Assembly (NCBI GenBank): GCA_038870975.1
Contig: JAVZJD010000002.1
Span: 224,001-288,000, forward strand
DNA: 64,000 nt
From: Candidatus Bathyarchaeia archaeon
GTDB taxonomy: Archaea; Thermoproteota; CALKCG01; B24
Direction of reading: 5' to 3'
How positions within the stretch are numbered: position 1 is the stretch's first letter; every line of letters begins with the position of its first letter. The notes under the pieces were generated by a model. The model did no database searches. It was not told where the DNA came from and worked only from the letters and a program-made list of their open reading frames with translations. Made by a program: the position numbers and the translations under genes. Positions 52,207-62,020 of the stretch are shown here, piece after piece.

Positions 52207-53286
52207 CTATTCTATTCGAATTGGCAGACTTCCATTATCCCATATGGTTCTAGTGATGGCTTCTAAACCCTTCTTAAAGTGCGCTGGATGTACGTCTTCG
52301 GTTACGCTTATAATGTATCCAAAGCCAGGAGCCATCTCCTTCAGAAGATTTTTTGTGTATTGCACAATTTCCTCTCTACTTCTTAGAAATACTTCCTCTG
52401 GAAAATTCATCCATATGACCTTATTCCCCCATGCCTTCCTAGCTTCTGCTACAGGTAAATCTCCCATTGGAGGTGGAGTAAAAGCCTCGATAGCATCTAG
52501 CCTCGTCTTGGCTATAAGGTCTTTTAGAGTCCTAAGTCTACCATCCATATGTGATATGATGTATTTCCCCGAATTTTTCAATATTTCTGCGTACTTGTTG
52601 TAGTATGGTAGGCAGTATTTCTCGAAGAGTTTTGGAGAGATCATTTTCCCATCGATATTGTCGCCTATTCTAACAATTCTAGCCGAGGACTTAGCTATGA
52701 TAGAGTACATATCCATGTACTTCTTATCTAAAGCTTCTATAAGCTCATTTATCTTATCCATATGCTTCATCTGCATTAGAACAAAATTTCGAAATCCCAT
52801 AAAGCTCACTATGATCTTCATCAGTGGAGTATAATCTCCATTTACTGTGACTATACCGTCACCTTCCAATTCTTCTTCAAGTTGCTCGTAGACATCGTAT
52901 TGAGACTCGTATACAGTATCTTCAACAATAAACTTGATAACGTCTATGTCTTCAACTTTCTTTATTGGATGCTCAACCATCCAAGAACCCTGTCCTCTAA
53001 ACTGAAAAGTTAAACCAGTTCTATACTTAGAGTATACTTCTCCTACGGGCGTACGGTAAACTACGTATGTGTAATTTCCCACGGTTTTAGACTCTATTTT
53101 AACGTTAGGCGTATAAGACTTGCACACGCTACAGCGTATATCTAACCCTAAACCCATATTACGCATCTTCCGCTCGAAGCCTCCCCTGGGTAGATGGTTT
53201 GAGTATATGAGCCAAGGTACTCTATCGGCAACCTCACCTTTCAAAGTTAAATATACCCTTTCAGCCACATCCATAGATGCCCGCAT
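52207..53286 (-). CDS. Uroporphyrinogen decarboxylase/MtaA-like family protein
   Basis: ISPKLFEKYCLPYY, HMDG, TPPPMGD. Confidence 0.8.
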   Translation of the reverse strand: MRASMDVAERVYLTLKGEVADRVPWLIYSNHLPRGGFERKMRNMGLGLDIRCSVCKSYTPNVKIESKTVGNYTYVVYRTPVGEVYSKYRTGLTFQFRGQGSWMVEHPIKKVEDIDVIKFIVEDTVYESQYDVYEQLEEELEGDGIVTVNGDYTPLMKIIVSFMGFRNFVLMQMKHMDKINELIEALDKKYMDMYSIIAKSSARIVRIGDNIDGKMISPKLFEKYCLPYYNKYAEILKNSGKYIISHMDGRLRTLKDLIAKTRLDAIEAFTPPPMGDLPVAEARKAWGNKVIWMNFPEEVFLRSREEIVQYTKNLLKEMAPGFGYIISVTEDVHPAHFKKGLEAITRTIWDNGSLPIRIE

Positions 53287-53386
53287 AGTATTATAGTGAG
53301 TCTATTTAAGAAATTTTTGAATCGGATTTGCAGAACTATAACGTAACGCTTTTAAATGAAGACGTCGAACTTAATCTCAGTAGACT

Positions 53387-54415
53387 TTGGGAATAGACTT
53401 AGGAGACCTCGTAGTTAAAACTCCTTTAACATTTGAAGCACTTTCAGGTAAATCTATAGCCGTAGACGCTTACAATGCGCTCTACCAATTTCTCGCAATA
53501 ATAAGAGGCCCAGACGGTGAACCCCTTAAGGATAGAACTGGCAGAGTTACAAGCCACTTAAGTGGTCTACTATATAGAAGTTGTGCTCTAATGTCTTACG
53601 GCATTAAACTTGTGTACGTTTTCGACGGGAAACCTCCGGCTGAGAAAGAAATGGAGATTAAACGTAGGATGAAAGTGAAAGAAGAAGCCGCTGTAAAATA
53701 CGAGGAGGCTTTAAAAGTAGGAGATTTTGAGGCTGCTAGAAAATACGCTCAGGCTACGGCAGTAGTTAAAGACGAGATGGTCGAAGATGCTAAAAAGCTC
53801 ATTTCTCTCCTAGGTATTCCCTGGGTTCAAGCACCTTCAGAGGGTGAAGCACAGGCGTCCCATATGGCCTCAAGAGGCCACGTCTGGGCGGTGGCATCGC
53901 AAGACCACGATTGTTTATTGTTTGGAGCCCCTAGACTTGTTAGGAATCTTACGGTAACTGGCAGGAGGAAGCTTCCTGGGCGGAAGCTCTACGTTGAATT
54001 ACAGCCTGAGCTTATCGAGCTAGATAAAGTTCTTAAGGCGAATGCATTAACAAGAGAACAGCTTATAGATATAGCTATTTTAATAGGCACAGACTATAAT
54101 CCAGATGGTGTTAAAGGAATAGGTCCTAAGAAGGGCCTAAAGCTCATAAAAGAATATGGAAGCTTAAAAGCACTGCTAGAAGAGCATGTTGTAGATGTTT
54201 CAAGCTTTCCAGTGGACCCAGAGATAATAAGAAAGAGGTTTTTAAACCCTGATGTTACATCAGATTATGAGCTTGTATGGGAGGAGCCGAAGGTTTCGGA
54301 AGTCTTAAAGTTTCTATGCTACGAGAGAGATTTCTCTGAGAGCAGAGTTAAGAACGCACTGGAGCAGGCGGTTAAAGCTTTTAGAGAGAAGCACAGGCAG
54401 AAGCGTTTATTCTAA
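53387..54415 (+). CDS. fen: Flap endonuclease 1
   Basis: DAYNALYQFL, VFDG, EGEAQA, SQDHD, GTDYN, C-terminal PIP box QKRLF. Confidence 0.97.
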   Translation: MGIDLGDLVVKTPLTFEALSGKSIAVDAYNALYQFLAIIRGPDGEPLKDRTGRVTSHLSGLLYRSCALMSYGIKLVYVFDGKPPAEKEMEIKRRMKVKEEAAVKYEEALKVGDFEAARKYAQATAVVKDEMVEDAKKLISLLGIPWVQAPSEGEAQASHMASRGHVWAVASQDHDCLLFGAPRLVRNLTVTGRRKLPGRKLYVELQPELIELDKVLKANALTREQLIDIAILIGTDYNPDGVKGIGPKKGLKLIKEYGSLKALLEEHVVDVSSFPVDPEIIRKRFLNPDVTSDYELVWEEPKVSEVLKFLCYERDFSESRVKNALEQAVKAFREKHRQKRLF

Positions 54416-54473
54416 CTCCTATCTTCCTTCCAAGATTTTAGGATTCTCTATTTCAAAATATTTTTATCTGTGT

Positions 54474-54501
54474 AAAATATTTTATAATTATAAAATACTT
54501 T
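54474..54501. promoter_or_regulatory. Perfect 20-bp palindrome (28 bp with one mismatch) upstream of the MIPS gene
   Basis: TATTTTATAATTATAAAATA at 54478-54497. Confidence 0.4.
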
Positions 54502-54510
54502 GGTGGGAAC

Positions 54511-55689
54511 GTGTCGGAAATTAAGACGTTGATGCTTGGAGCAGGCTATGTAACAACATTCTTTGCAGTTGGTCTTGAAAGGTTGAAAAAAGGGGAGATT
54601 GAGCCATATGGAGTACCTCTGGCTGATTTTGACATGGGCGTGGATATAAACGACATTAAGATTATAGCCTGTATTGACGTTGATGCGAGAAAAGTTGGTA
54701 GAACAATGTACGATGTTGCGAGGAAGTTTTACAGGTTTAAGCATGTACCCCAAACACTTAAAGACATCGTAATACACCCCGGAATAGAAATGGGATTTGT
54801 AAAAGAACTTTTCCCAATAGCCTCGCTAGATTACGAGGCAGACTTCCAGAATTCCGTTGAGAAAATGTACGGATTTATCGAAAGATGTAAACCAGATGTA
54901 ATAGTAGACGCTACAACAACTCAATACGCTGAACCTTTTCACGACTATATGATGTTGGAAAAAGCGGTAAGAGATAGAAGACTTACTCCTGGACAGCTCT
55001 ACGCATATTTGGCACTAAAGCTTATGGAAGAGGGTAGAGAAGTCTCCTACGTAAACGTAATACCGACTCCTATAGCAAATGACTACGCATATGTTTCAAC
55101 TGCAGAAAAATTTGGAGGACTCGTATTGGGAGATGATGGGGCAACGGGTGCAACACCTCTTACCGCAGACTTATTAGAGCATCTTAAGGAGAGGAATAGA
55201 AGAGTGCTGGGCGTAGTACAACTGAACATTGGGGGGAATGACGATTTTAAATCATTATTGGAGGAGAAGAGGAATAAGGCTAAAGAGTATACGAAAAGTA
55301 GTATAATTGAGGATATACTCGGCTATTATACACCTAGCTACATCAAGCCTACAGGTTTTCTCAGCTCGCTAGGTGATAAGAAGTTTGTCTCGATACACAT
55401 AGAGTACAATTCGTTTAACCGTGTCAAGGATGAAATCATAGTTAACATGAGGATAAATGATAGCCCAGCATTAGCTGGCTACATAGTCGATTTGGTGAGG
55501 CTCAGCAAGTTAGCTTTAAAAGCTGGCTTCAGAGGGACCGTATACGAGATAAATGCTTTCTATATGAAGAAACCTGGTCCTCCGAATGCGAAAAATACAG
55601 CTCGTATAATAGCCTTTGAGAGACTAGTCTCATTCCTAAAAACGATAACCGACAAGACAACATTAAACATTACGCAAAAAGCTTGCTAG
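54511..55689 (+). CDS. ino1: myo-inositol-1-phosphate synthase
   Basis: GDDGATGAT, NIGGNDDF, DKKF, NDSPALAG. Confidence 0.9.
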   Translation: MSEIKTLMLGAGYVTTFFAVGLERLKKGEIEPYGVPLADFDMGVDINDIKIIACIDVDARKVGRTMYDVARKFYRFKHVPQTLKDIVIHPGIEMGFVKELFPIASLDYEADFQNSVEKMYGFIERCKPDVIVDATTTQYAEPFHDYMMLEKAVRDRRLTPGQLYAYLALKLMEEGREVSYVNVIPTPIANDYAYVSTAEKFGGLVLGDDGATGATPLTADLLEHLKERNRRVLGVVQLNIGGNDDFKSLLEEKRNKAKEYTKSSIIEDILGYYTPSYIKPTGFLSSLGDKKFVSIHIEYNSFNRVKDEIIVNMRINDSPALAGYIVDLVRLSKLALKAGFRGTVYEINAFYMKKPGPPNAKNTARIIAFERLVSFLKTITDKTTLNITQKAC

Positions 55690-55755
55690 AAATCTTCATT
55701 TAAGCGTGACAATGCTTTGACTATTCTAGAATGTTTAAAAGCCTTTAAGTAGAAG

Positions 55756-56874
55756 TTGAGCCGGGGGGTTCTCAAAATGGAAAAAGTGAGGTTTGGAGTC
55801 ATAGGACTTAAAGGAATAGGAATGACCCATATAGAAGCCATTAAGAAATGTGGAGATGCTGAGCTAGTGGCTGTATGCGATATTGTCGAGGAGCTTGTTA
55901 AAGACGTTGGGGAGAAATATAGTGTTAGATGGTTTACAGACTACAGAGAACTTCTTGCGGTTAAGGATTTAGATGCAGTATGTATATGTACTCCACACTT
56001 TCTACACAATCCAATGACGATGGATGCTTTAAATGCGGGAAAACATGTCTTAGTTGAAAAGCCTATGGCGATGACTGTTAGGGAAGCAGACGACATGATC
56101 GCGAAAGCAAGAGCTAAAGGACTTAAACTCGGAGTGGCATTTACGTTTAGGACAAACCCAGCCTTGAAAAAAGTGAAAAACATGATAGAGAATGGAGAAC
56201 TGGGTAGACTACTCAGGGCTACACTGGAAGTTGCAAATTATCGTACCCAATTCTACTACGAGGATTCTCCATGGCGTAAAAGCTGGAGGACATCGGGGGC
56301 TGGCGTTTTGATAAATCAGACCATTCACCACTTAGACATCATGTACTGGTTCTTGGGAAGACCCAAGAAAGCCGTAGGCTTCATAGATACAAAACTACAT
56401 GATATTGAGGTTGAAGACCTAGCAAGTGCAGCGTTGATTTTTGAAGACAATTGTCATGCAACGGTTCAAGTGAGTTTAGTAGATAATCCCCAGTTTGATA
56501 GAATGGTTGTAAGCGGGACTAAAGGTAAAGTTATTCTAGATTTCGGTTCACATCTAAAGATTGGTGTGTCTGAACCAGATGTTGAAACACACATTAGAAC
56601 GTCTAGAGAACCTTGGAGTAGGCCGAGTGCAAGCTGGAGGGATATAAGTTTAGAGGGACGAGGGGGGCACGGTGAAATAATAAGAGATTTCGCTGAAGCT
56701 ATCAAATACGATAGAAAGCCTATAGTGCCTGGTGAAGATGGTATATGGTCTCTTGAAATTGTTAATGCCATTGTCTTGTCTAGCTTTACAGGTAAAGCTG
56801 TTGAAATACCTGTCGATCGAGAATCCTACGACAGACTTATGAATATGCTCAAAAGTGGATTAAAACCCATTTAA
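55756..56874 (+). CDS. Gfo/Idh/MocA oxidoreductase
   Basis: CTPH, HVLVEKP, GVLINQTIHHLD. Confidence 0.9.
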   Translation: MSRGVLKMEKVRFGVIGLKGIGMTHIEAIKKCGDAELVAVCDIVEELVKDVGEKYSVRWFTDYRELLAVKDLDAVCICTPHFLHNPMTMDALNAGKHVLVEKPMAMTVREADDMIAKARAKGLKLGVAFTFRTNPALKKVKNMIENGELGRLLRATLEVANYRTQFYYEDSPWRKSWRTSGAGVLINQTIHHLDIMYWFLGRPKKAVGFIDTKLHDIEVEDLASAALIFEDNCHATVQVSLVDNPQFDRMVVSGTKGKVILDFGSHLKIGVSEPDVETHIRTSREPWSRPSASWRDISLEGRGGHGEIIRDFAEAIKYDRKPIVPGEDGIWSLEIVNAIVLSSFTGKAVEIPVDRESYDRLMNMLKSGLKPI

Positions 56875-56878
56875 AGCC

Positions 56879-57882
56879 CTATTTCCACATCCTTGGATAA
56901 GTGTTAGGCTTCATTATAACCCTTACTGTTTTAACTGCAACACCTTTTTCTCTTTCCAGCATCTCTTCACTCCCCATTAAAGCTCTACCGAGGGCTACAA
57001 GTTCCCCTTTAAGGGTAAATATGGCTACTGGGTCGTCGACTACTATATCTGAATTCAAACTCACAATACCTGGCAGTGCGAGGTCTGCGCCATGACAAAT
57101 AGCGTCTACAGCCGTGTCTCGAATCCAAATTTTCGGCATTAATGAAGTGGCTTCTTCTATGGGTTGAACTATCGATCTTAGAATTTTCTCATCCCCGGCT
57201 TTATATGCTTCAATGGCTTCAACCAAGTCTCTCAAGGTAGTTAAACCTTTATCTTCACTAAAGGGGCCAACTCTGGTCCTTCGAAGCTCCCTCATATGTG
57301 CTCCAGAGCCCAATACTTCGCCCATATCGTGTACAAGTTTTCTGATATATGTGCCTGCTTGACAGCCGACTCTAAGTAGCACATGTCGCTTATCTACTTC
57401 AACAACATCTATATAGTAGATGCTTCTAGTCCTGAGGGCTTTTTTAACTGAAGACCGTAAGGGAGGCTTCTGGTAGATTTCTCCTTGAAATTCTTCAGCG
57501 ACTTCTTTAATTTTACTCTCAGAGACATCGTCGTGAAGTTTCATTACGCATACGTACTCTTTACCTCCGGATAGAAGGACTTGTAGAGCTTTAGTAGCTT
57601 CGTTTAACGCTATAGGTAGTACACCGGTAGCGGGAGGATATCTCCAAGGAAAGGTTCTAGAGTCCCCCCGTGACCGGCTTTCCTAACATTCATGATTCTT
57701 TTAACAGTAGCTGTTACATCGTGACTTGTGGGGCCAGCTGGCTTGTCTAAAACAATGATTCCATATTCTAAATGTTCATCTATGGTTCTCTTCCAAGGTG
57801 GTTTACCGTATGCTTCATCTGTCTCTTCAAAGGCTTTGTAGAACACTTCTCTTTTAACCTCCCAGGGGGATTGAAGTCTCAA
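56879..57882 (-). CDS. cbf5: H/ACA RNA-guided pseudouridine synthase Cbf5; exons 57657-57882 and 56879-57639 (328 aa after splicing)
   Basis: [15 protein letters not shown]|DPPATGVLP restored by removing 17 nt, KEYVCVM, GTYIRKL, PUA domain. Confidence 0.93.
57640..57656 (-). other. 17-nt archaeal BHB/BHL-type pre-mRNA intron in cbf5
   Basis: AACCUUUCCUUGGAGAU within Asp codon G|AU; exon stem CGGGGGGA/UCCUCCCG, central helix CUCU/GGAG, bulges AG^A and AU^A. Confidence 0.88.
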
Positions 57883-58166
57883 GCAACAATCCTCCTCTCA
57901 GGTTTCAGAGGAGTTTCAAATAGTTCTCGTAACTTTGCTTTCTCAATCGCCTTTATCACTTCATCATCGCTGGCTCCTCTGGGTATTTCAAGTTTATAGG
58001 GAGTTGGTTCTACATGTTTAACGTTTGCTCTTCGCCTTTTAACACCGCTAAGTGATTTAGGTCCAGTTATTAAGACGAAATTTTCATCTATTATATCTAC
58101 TACAACGCACTTTTTGCCCGCTTCCCTACCCATAGTTTTAACACAAACTCGACCTACTTCTATCAT
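57879..58166 (-). CDS. rpl14e: 50S ribosomal protein eL14
   Basis: [23 protein letters not shown]. Confidence 0.95.
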   Translation of the reverse strand: MIEVGRVCVKTMGREAGKKCVVVDIIDENFVLITGPKSLSGVKRRRANVKHVEPTPYKLEIPRGASDDEVIKAIEKAKLRELFETPLKPERRIVA

Positions 58167-58186
58167 ACATAAAACCTCCATCTAGT

Positions 58187-58750
58187 TTAACCAGATGATT
58201 GCTTGGTTTTAAGTCTAACATACTCATCTATTAATGTTTTTAAAACTCTGAAAATAGACTCGGCAGGGAGTCTATCCGTATTCAAGACGATGTCATAAAT
58301 ACTGAGATTTTGAAAATCTATCCCATAAAACTGGCTATACCTGAATCTATCGTTAGCCTCTCTCTGCATAGTCTCTTTAGCCACTTCCTCAATGGATTTT
58401 CCCTCGCGTTTAGCTAACCTTTTAAATCGAACATTGTCTGATGCTGTTAAGAATATTTTGACATCGGCGAATTCACCAGCCATCCAAGCAACTAAATCGC
58501 CCTCCAGAACGACAGAACCTTTTGAGGCTTCTTCCCTCGTCCTAGAATCTATATAGTTATCTAGGGTAGGGTCATTTCTAAGCTTCTCCGAGGCTTCACC
58601 TAGGTTTAAGCGTTCTCGAGTACAGTACTCACGAAATAAGCTTCCAGCTGAGACATATCTCAACTTGAACTCGGAAGCTATCATTTTCGCCTGTGTCGAT
58701 CTACCAGCCCCGTGTAAGCCACTTACGGCTATTACAATTTTAGCGTCCAA
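58187..58750 (-). CDS. cmk: Cytidylate kinase
   Basis: SGLHGAGRST P-loop, SAGSLFR, RY..FYGID; conserved position. Confidence 0.9.
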   Translation of the reverse strand: MDAKIVIAVSGLHGAGRSTQAKMIASEFKLRYVSAGSLFREYCTRERLNLGEASEKLRNDPTLDNYIDSRTREEASKGSVVLEGDLVAWMAGEFADVKIFLTASDNVRFKRLAKREGKSIEEVAKETMQREANDRFRYSQFYGIDFQNLSIYDIVLNTDRLPAESIFRVLKTLIDEYVRLKTKQSSG

Positions 58751-58988
58751 TGCTGGAGAACACCCCCTTCACCAGTAACCGTTTGAGACAGTTATGGCAT
58801 ATGCTTCCTCCATGAAGTCTGGATACCGTCTTTTGAGATTTAACCGAATTGCGGCGTATACCATGTAGTACATTACCACATAAATTGCAATGAGCTAAAC
58901 TACGTTTCTTCTTAACAACCCTATTAATTATCGTCCCACCTGGAAGCTTAACTTTGCTTTTAGGTTTTGCCAGAAGTCTTTTCTCCAC
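58740..58988 (-). CDS. rpl34e: 50S ribosomal protein eL34 (divergent)
   Basis: LPGG, CNLCG..LHG, KTVSR..GG..CHNC; GGAGGTG SD before GTG. Confidence 0.85.
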   Translation of the reverse strand: MEKRLLAKPKSKVKLPGGTIINRVVKKKRSLAHCNLCGNVLHGIRRNSVKSQKTVSRLHGGSICHNCLKRLLVKGVFSSIGR

Positions 58989-59514
58989 TACTCGCCACCT
59001 CCGGAGACGTAGGTATAAATGATATGCCCATAAGCTTAGAAATCGGAAGATTGGATGCGAAAACGCATATTGTATACCAAATTGGTATGTTGACAGGCGT
59101 TTCAAACGGAAAAGGAATCAATATTGCATAATTTGAACCGAAAATACTGTAGAGTATTGAGAAGAAGATCCAGAAGATAAACCAGAATACTGCTATCCTA
59201 ATGATAAATCTTGTGAAAACTTTTGTACTGAGGCTTCTAATTATAGGCTCCTTCTTCTTCATTTTAATTAAAATTTTCTTATCACCTTTCAATTTATACT
59301 CTTCTAGTAACTGCTTGTATTCGCTAAACTCCTTCATGTATTGTCTTTGAAGCGCTTCATTCATTATGAGTTTGTTTACGAATATAGACAATAGACCCAT
59401 TAGAAGCGAGAAGCCCAAAATTAGGAGGGACCCTAATCCCTGGCTGGCTGTGAAAGGTTTTAAAGGAGCTAAGAGCTCCATAAACATATTAACAAACGTT
59501 TCAAAAGGATTCAT
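58960..59514 (-). CDS. DUF106/EMC3-TMCO1 (Oxa1 superfamily) membrane protein
   Basis: TM-coiled coil-TM-TM topology, WY motif, position after secY. Confidence 0.8.
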   Translation of the reverse strand: MNPFETFVNMFMELLAPLKPFTASQGLGSLLILGFSLLMGLLSIFVNKLIMNEALQRQYMKEFSEYKQLLEEYKLKGDKKILIKMKKKEPIIRSLSTKVFTRFIIRIAVFWFIFWIFFSILYSIFGSNYAILIPFPFETPVNIPIWYTICVFASNLPISKLMGISFIPTSPEVASSGEKTSGKT

Positions 59515-59520
59515 ACAAAA

Positions 59521-60945
59521 TCACTTCTCCAGAATGGGTCTTAAAGCAGGGTACATCTCCACAACTCTTTCTTGAACTAGTAGCTGATAATACTGATAGG
59601 CAATGTCTACAGACAGCAGTACACCTGTACCAGATCCAAACACATTGAAGAGGTCGGAAATTACCGCTATGAGCCCTATGATCGCGCCTCCTAGGACTGC
59701 AACAATTGGAATATACCTATTCATCACGGTTTCAATACTTTTAACGGTCCGCCTTCTACCCGGTATTTGAACACCAGCATCAATGAGCTGTTCAGCCACA
59801 TTTTTAGGACCCATTCCACCAACTTCTATCCACATAATCGAAAACACGATGCATAACGATACAAACAGCAATACGTAAACCACTGCCCTAATTGGGTCCT
59901 CTATAGCGTGTGTAAGCGACCTAGGTGACGTCAGATAGTATGCCATACAGCCTTTCACCGGCTCCATAGTTTCAGGGTCGAATTGAGTCATAATGTTGAG
60001 CCAGAAGTTTTGATTTGAGGAATTAAACCTCGCCCAGATAAACCTTAACCCCACGAAAAAGTTGGCGAGGAGGGCCGATGTAAATATGACTGGGATGACT
60101 GAAACGTAGAGCAATTTAAGTGGAAATCTGGCTCTGAAGCCTCTGAATCTAGCGTAGGATATGGGTATTTCAATCCTAACACCCTCTAAGTATATTATCA
60201 CTAGGAGCGTAACTATAGTCGACACGAACCCAACCATATTGGGTGTATTCTCCGACCCGCCTCTCATAAATGCTTTAACTACATCCTCTCCTTTCACTAA
60301 GCCTTCTATGAAAGCCGGAAGTGCGCCGAAGAGCTTCCCATCGTTAGCTATCCCAGGTAGGGGGGAGAATCCAAACCACCAAATTTGCTTTGCAACTCCT
60401 GCAAGTATGAAAAGGCTTATACCGCTTCCTAAACCCCACTTTTGAACCATTTCATCTAAAAGTATTACTACTATACCAGCTGCTATGAGTTGGGTGAAAA
60501 CAAGTAAGCCAGCTTCTGCTGGTAATACGCCGTAGACTCCACCCAAAATATATATTGTTGCTTGGAAAATTGTCATGAGTATACTCATGAACCTATTAGC
60601 CGTTGTATAGAGGACTCTATCCTCCGGATTTGAAAGATCACATTCTACGATTCCAGAGCCAACCAAAAGCTGGAGGATTAAACCACCAGTAACTATCGGT
60701 CCTATTCCAAGCTCCATAAGTGTACCATGTGTAGACGCAAATATGACCCTAGCCGCAATGAGCGGGTCATAAACCCCCCTATGTGGTATTCCGTACATAG
60801 GGGTTTCACTCATTACGTAGTATATTACTAGAGCGAAAAATGTCCATAATAGTTTAGAGGGGAAGCTAACCTTCTTATCCGGTTTTTTGACTTCAAACAT
60901 CAACCTCGAGAACGGTCTAAAGAAGTTTAGAAACTTGCCTGGCAT
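59521..60945 (-). CDS. secY: Protein translocase SecY
   Basis: ELGIGPIVT, GSGISLFI, IPGRR, GTGVLL. Confidence 0.97.
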   Translation of the reverse strand: MPGKFLNFFRPFSRLMFEVKKPDKKVSFPSKLLWTFFALVIYYVMSETPMYGIPHRGVYDPLIAARVIFASTHGTLMELGIGPIVTGGLILQLLVGSGIVECDLSNPEDRVLYTTANRFMSILMTIFQATIYILGGVYGVLPAEAGLLVFTQLIAAGIVVILLDEMVQKWGLGSGISLFILAGVAKQIWWFGFSPLPGIANDGKLFGALPAFIEGLVKGEDVVKAFMRGGSENTPNMVGFVSTIVTLLVIIYLEGVRIEIPISYARFRGFRARFPLKLLYVSVIPVIFTSALLANFFVGLRFIWARFNSSNQNFWLNIMTQFDPETMEPVKGCMAYYLTSPRSLTHAIEDPIRAVVYVLLFVSLCIVFSIMWIEVGGMGPKNVAEQLIDAGVQIPGRRRTVKSIETVMNRYIPIVAVLGGAIIGLIAVISDLFNVFGSGTGVLLSVDIAYQYYQLLVQERVVEMYPALRPILEK

Positions 60946-60951
60946 AGTTTA

Positions 60952-61398
60952 TCAAACCTTAACTTCTACTACTTCTCCACCAGCTTTCTTAACTTTCTCG
61001 ATGGCGTTCTCAGTAAAACCGATGGCTTTAACTACCACTGGAATGTTCAACTCTCCTCTACCCAAAAGCTTACCATATCCCAGTTGTGGCAGATCTATGA
61101 CTGGCTTGCCATTTTGAAGCTCAACGTTCTCCATTTTTGACAGTATCTGAGAAAGTTCTCCAACGTTAACTTCTTTGAACTTAGACTTAATCTTCTGTAT
61201 TGGCGATTTAAAACCTCTCTTACCAAAATAATCTGGAGCGTATTTAACGGTCCAAGTCCACTTATGCTTATGCAGGCCAGCTCTGCCAAAGCCTCCTCTC
61301 ATACCGCTTTTCCTATGCTGGCCTACTCTACCCCAACTGCAGGTTCTAGACCCTCTAAGTTTTCTTATTTTGCGAAGCCTAGTTGGCATGGAAGCCAC
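60952..61398 (-). CDS. rpl15: 50S ribosomal protein uL15
   Basis: RGSRT..G...HR..G.RGG.G.AG, KLLGRG. Confidence 0.95.
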   Translation of the reverse strand: MASMPTRLRKIRKLRGSRTCSWGRVGQHRKSGMRGGFGRAGLHKHKWTWTVKYAPDYFGKRGFKSPIQKIKSKFKEVNVGELSQILSKMENVELQNGKPVIDLPQLGYGKLLGRGELNIPVVVKAIGFTENAIEKVKKAGGEVVEVKV

Positions 61399-61420
61399 CA
61401 GTACTTTAAAGTGAAAAGAG

Positions 61421-61966
61421 TCATTCTATTTTAAGTTTCTCCCCTTTTACAGTCTGCCCAGTCTTTTTAAGCTTTACCTCGAGGACACCGTTCTTATAGG
61501 TTGCTTTGGAGGACTTAGGGTCTATAGTATCTGGGAGCTCAAGCTCTTTACGATAGCGTCTATCTGGAGCGTCTACCCTTATAGTTAGCGATTTTTCAGT
61601 AGCATTGACTTGTATCTGCTCTTTTTCAACTCCAGGCAGCTCCGCTACTACGATTATTTCATCCTCCTTCTCTATAACGTCAACTAGGGGCTCCATTTCT
61701 GATTTAACTTCAGGACCATATCTGCCTGGAAATACATTTCCAAATTCTCTTATTACTGGTTTTCCGTCAGGACCTACTCTGATTGAAAAGCCATAAGTAT
61801 ATATTTTAGACTCGCCTGGTTCAATTCCTTCGAAGATTCTTTCTGGTTCAAATCTAAAGCTTCTACGAACAATATCATCTATCATCTTATTCATACGTTC
61901 GAATTCTTCATATATATCGAACCACCAGTCTTTTCTACGCCTCGACCATCTCTCGTCATCGCTCAT
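61421..61966 (-). CDS. hsp20: Small heat shock protein Hsp20
   Basis: YGFSIRVGPDGKP, AELPGV, YKNGVLEV. Confidence 0.93.
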   Translation of the reverse strand: MSDDERWSRRRKDWWFDIYEEFERMNKMIDDIVRRSFRFEPERIFEGIEPGESKIYTYGFSIRVGPDGKPVIREFGNVFPGRYGPEVKSEMEPLVDVIEKEDEIIVVAELPGVEKEQIQVNATEKSLTIRVDAPDRRYRKELELPDTIDPKSSKATYKNGVLEVKLKKTGQTVKGEKLKIE

Positions 61967-62020
61967 GATAGCACCTCTCGAAGATATAGAGATAGAACTC
62001 AGCTATAAACTTAGTTACGA

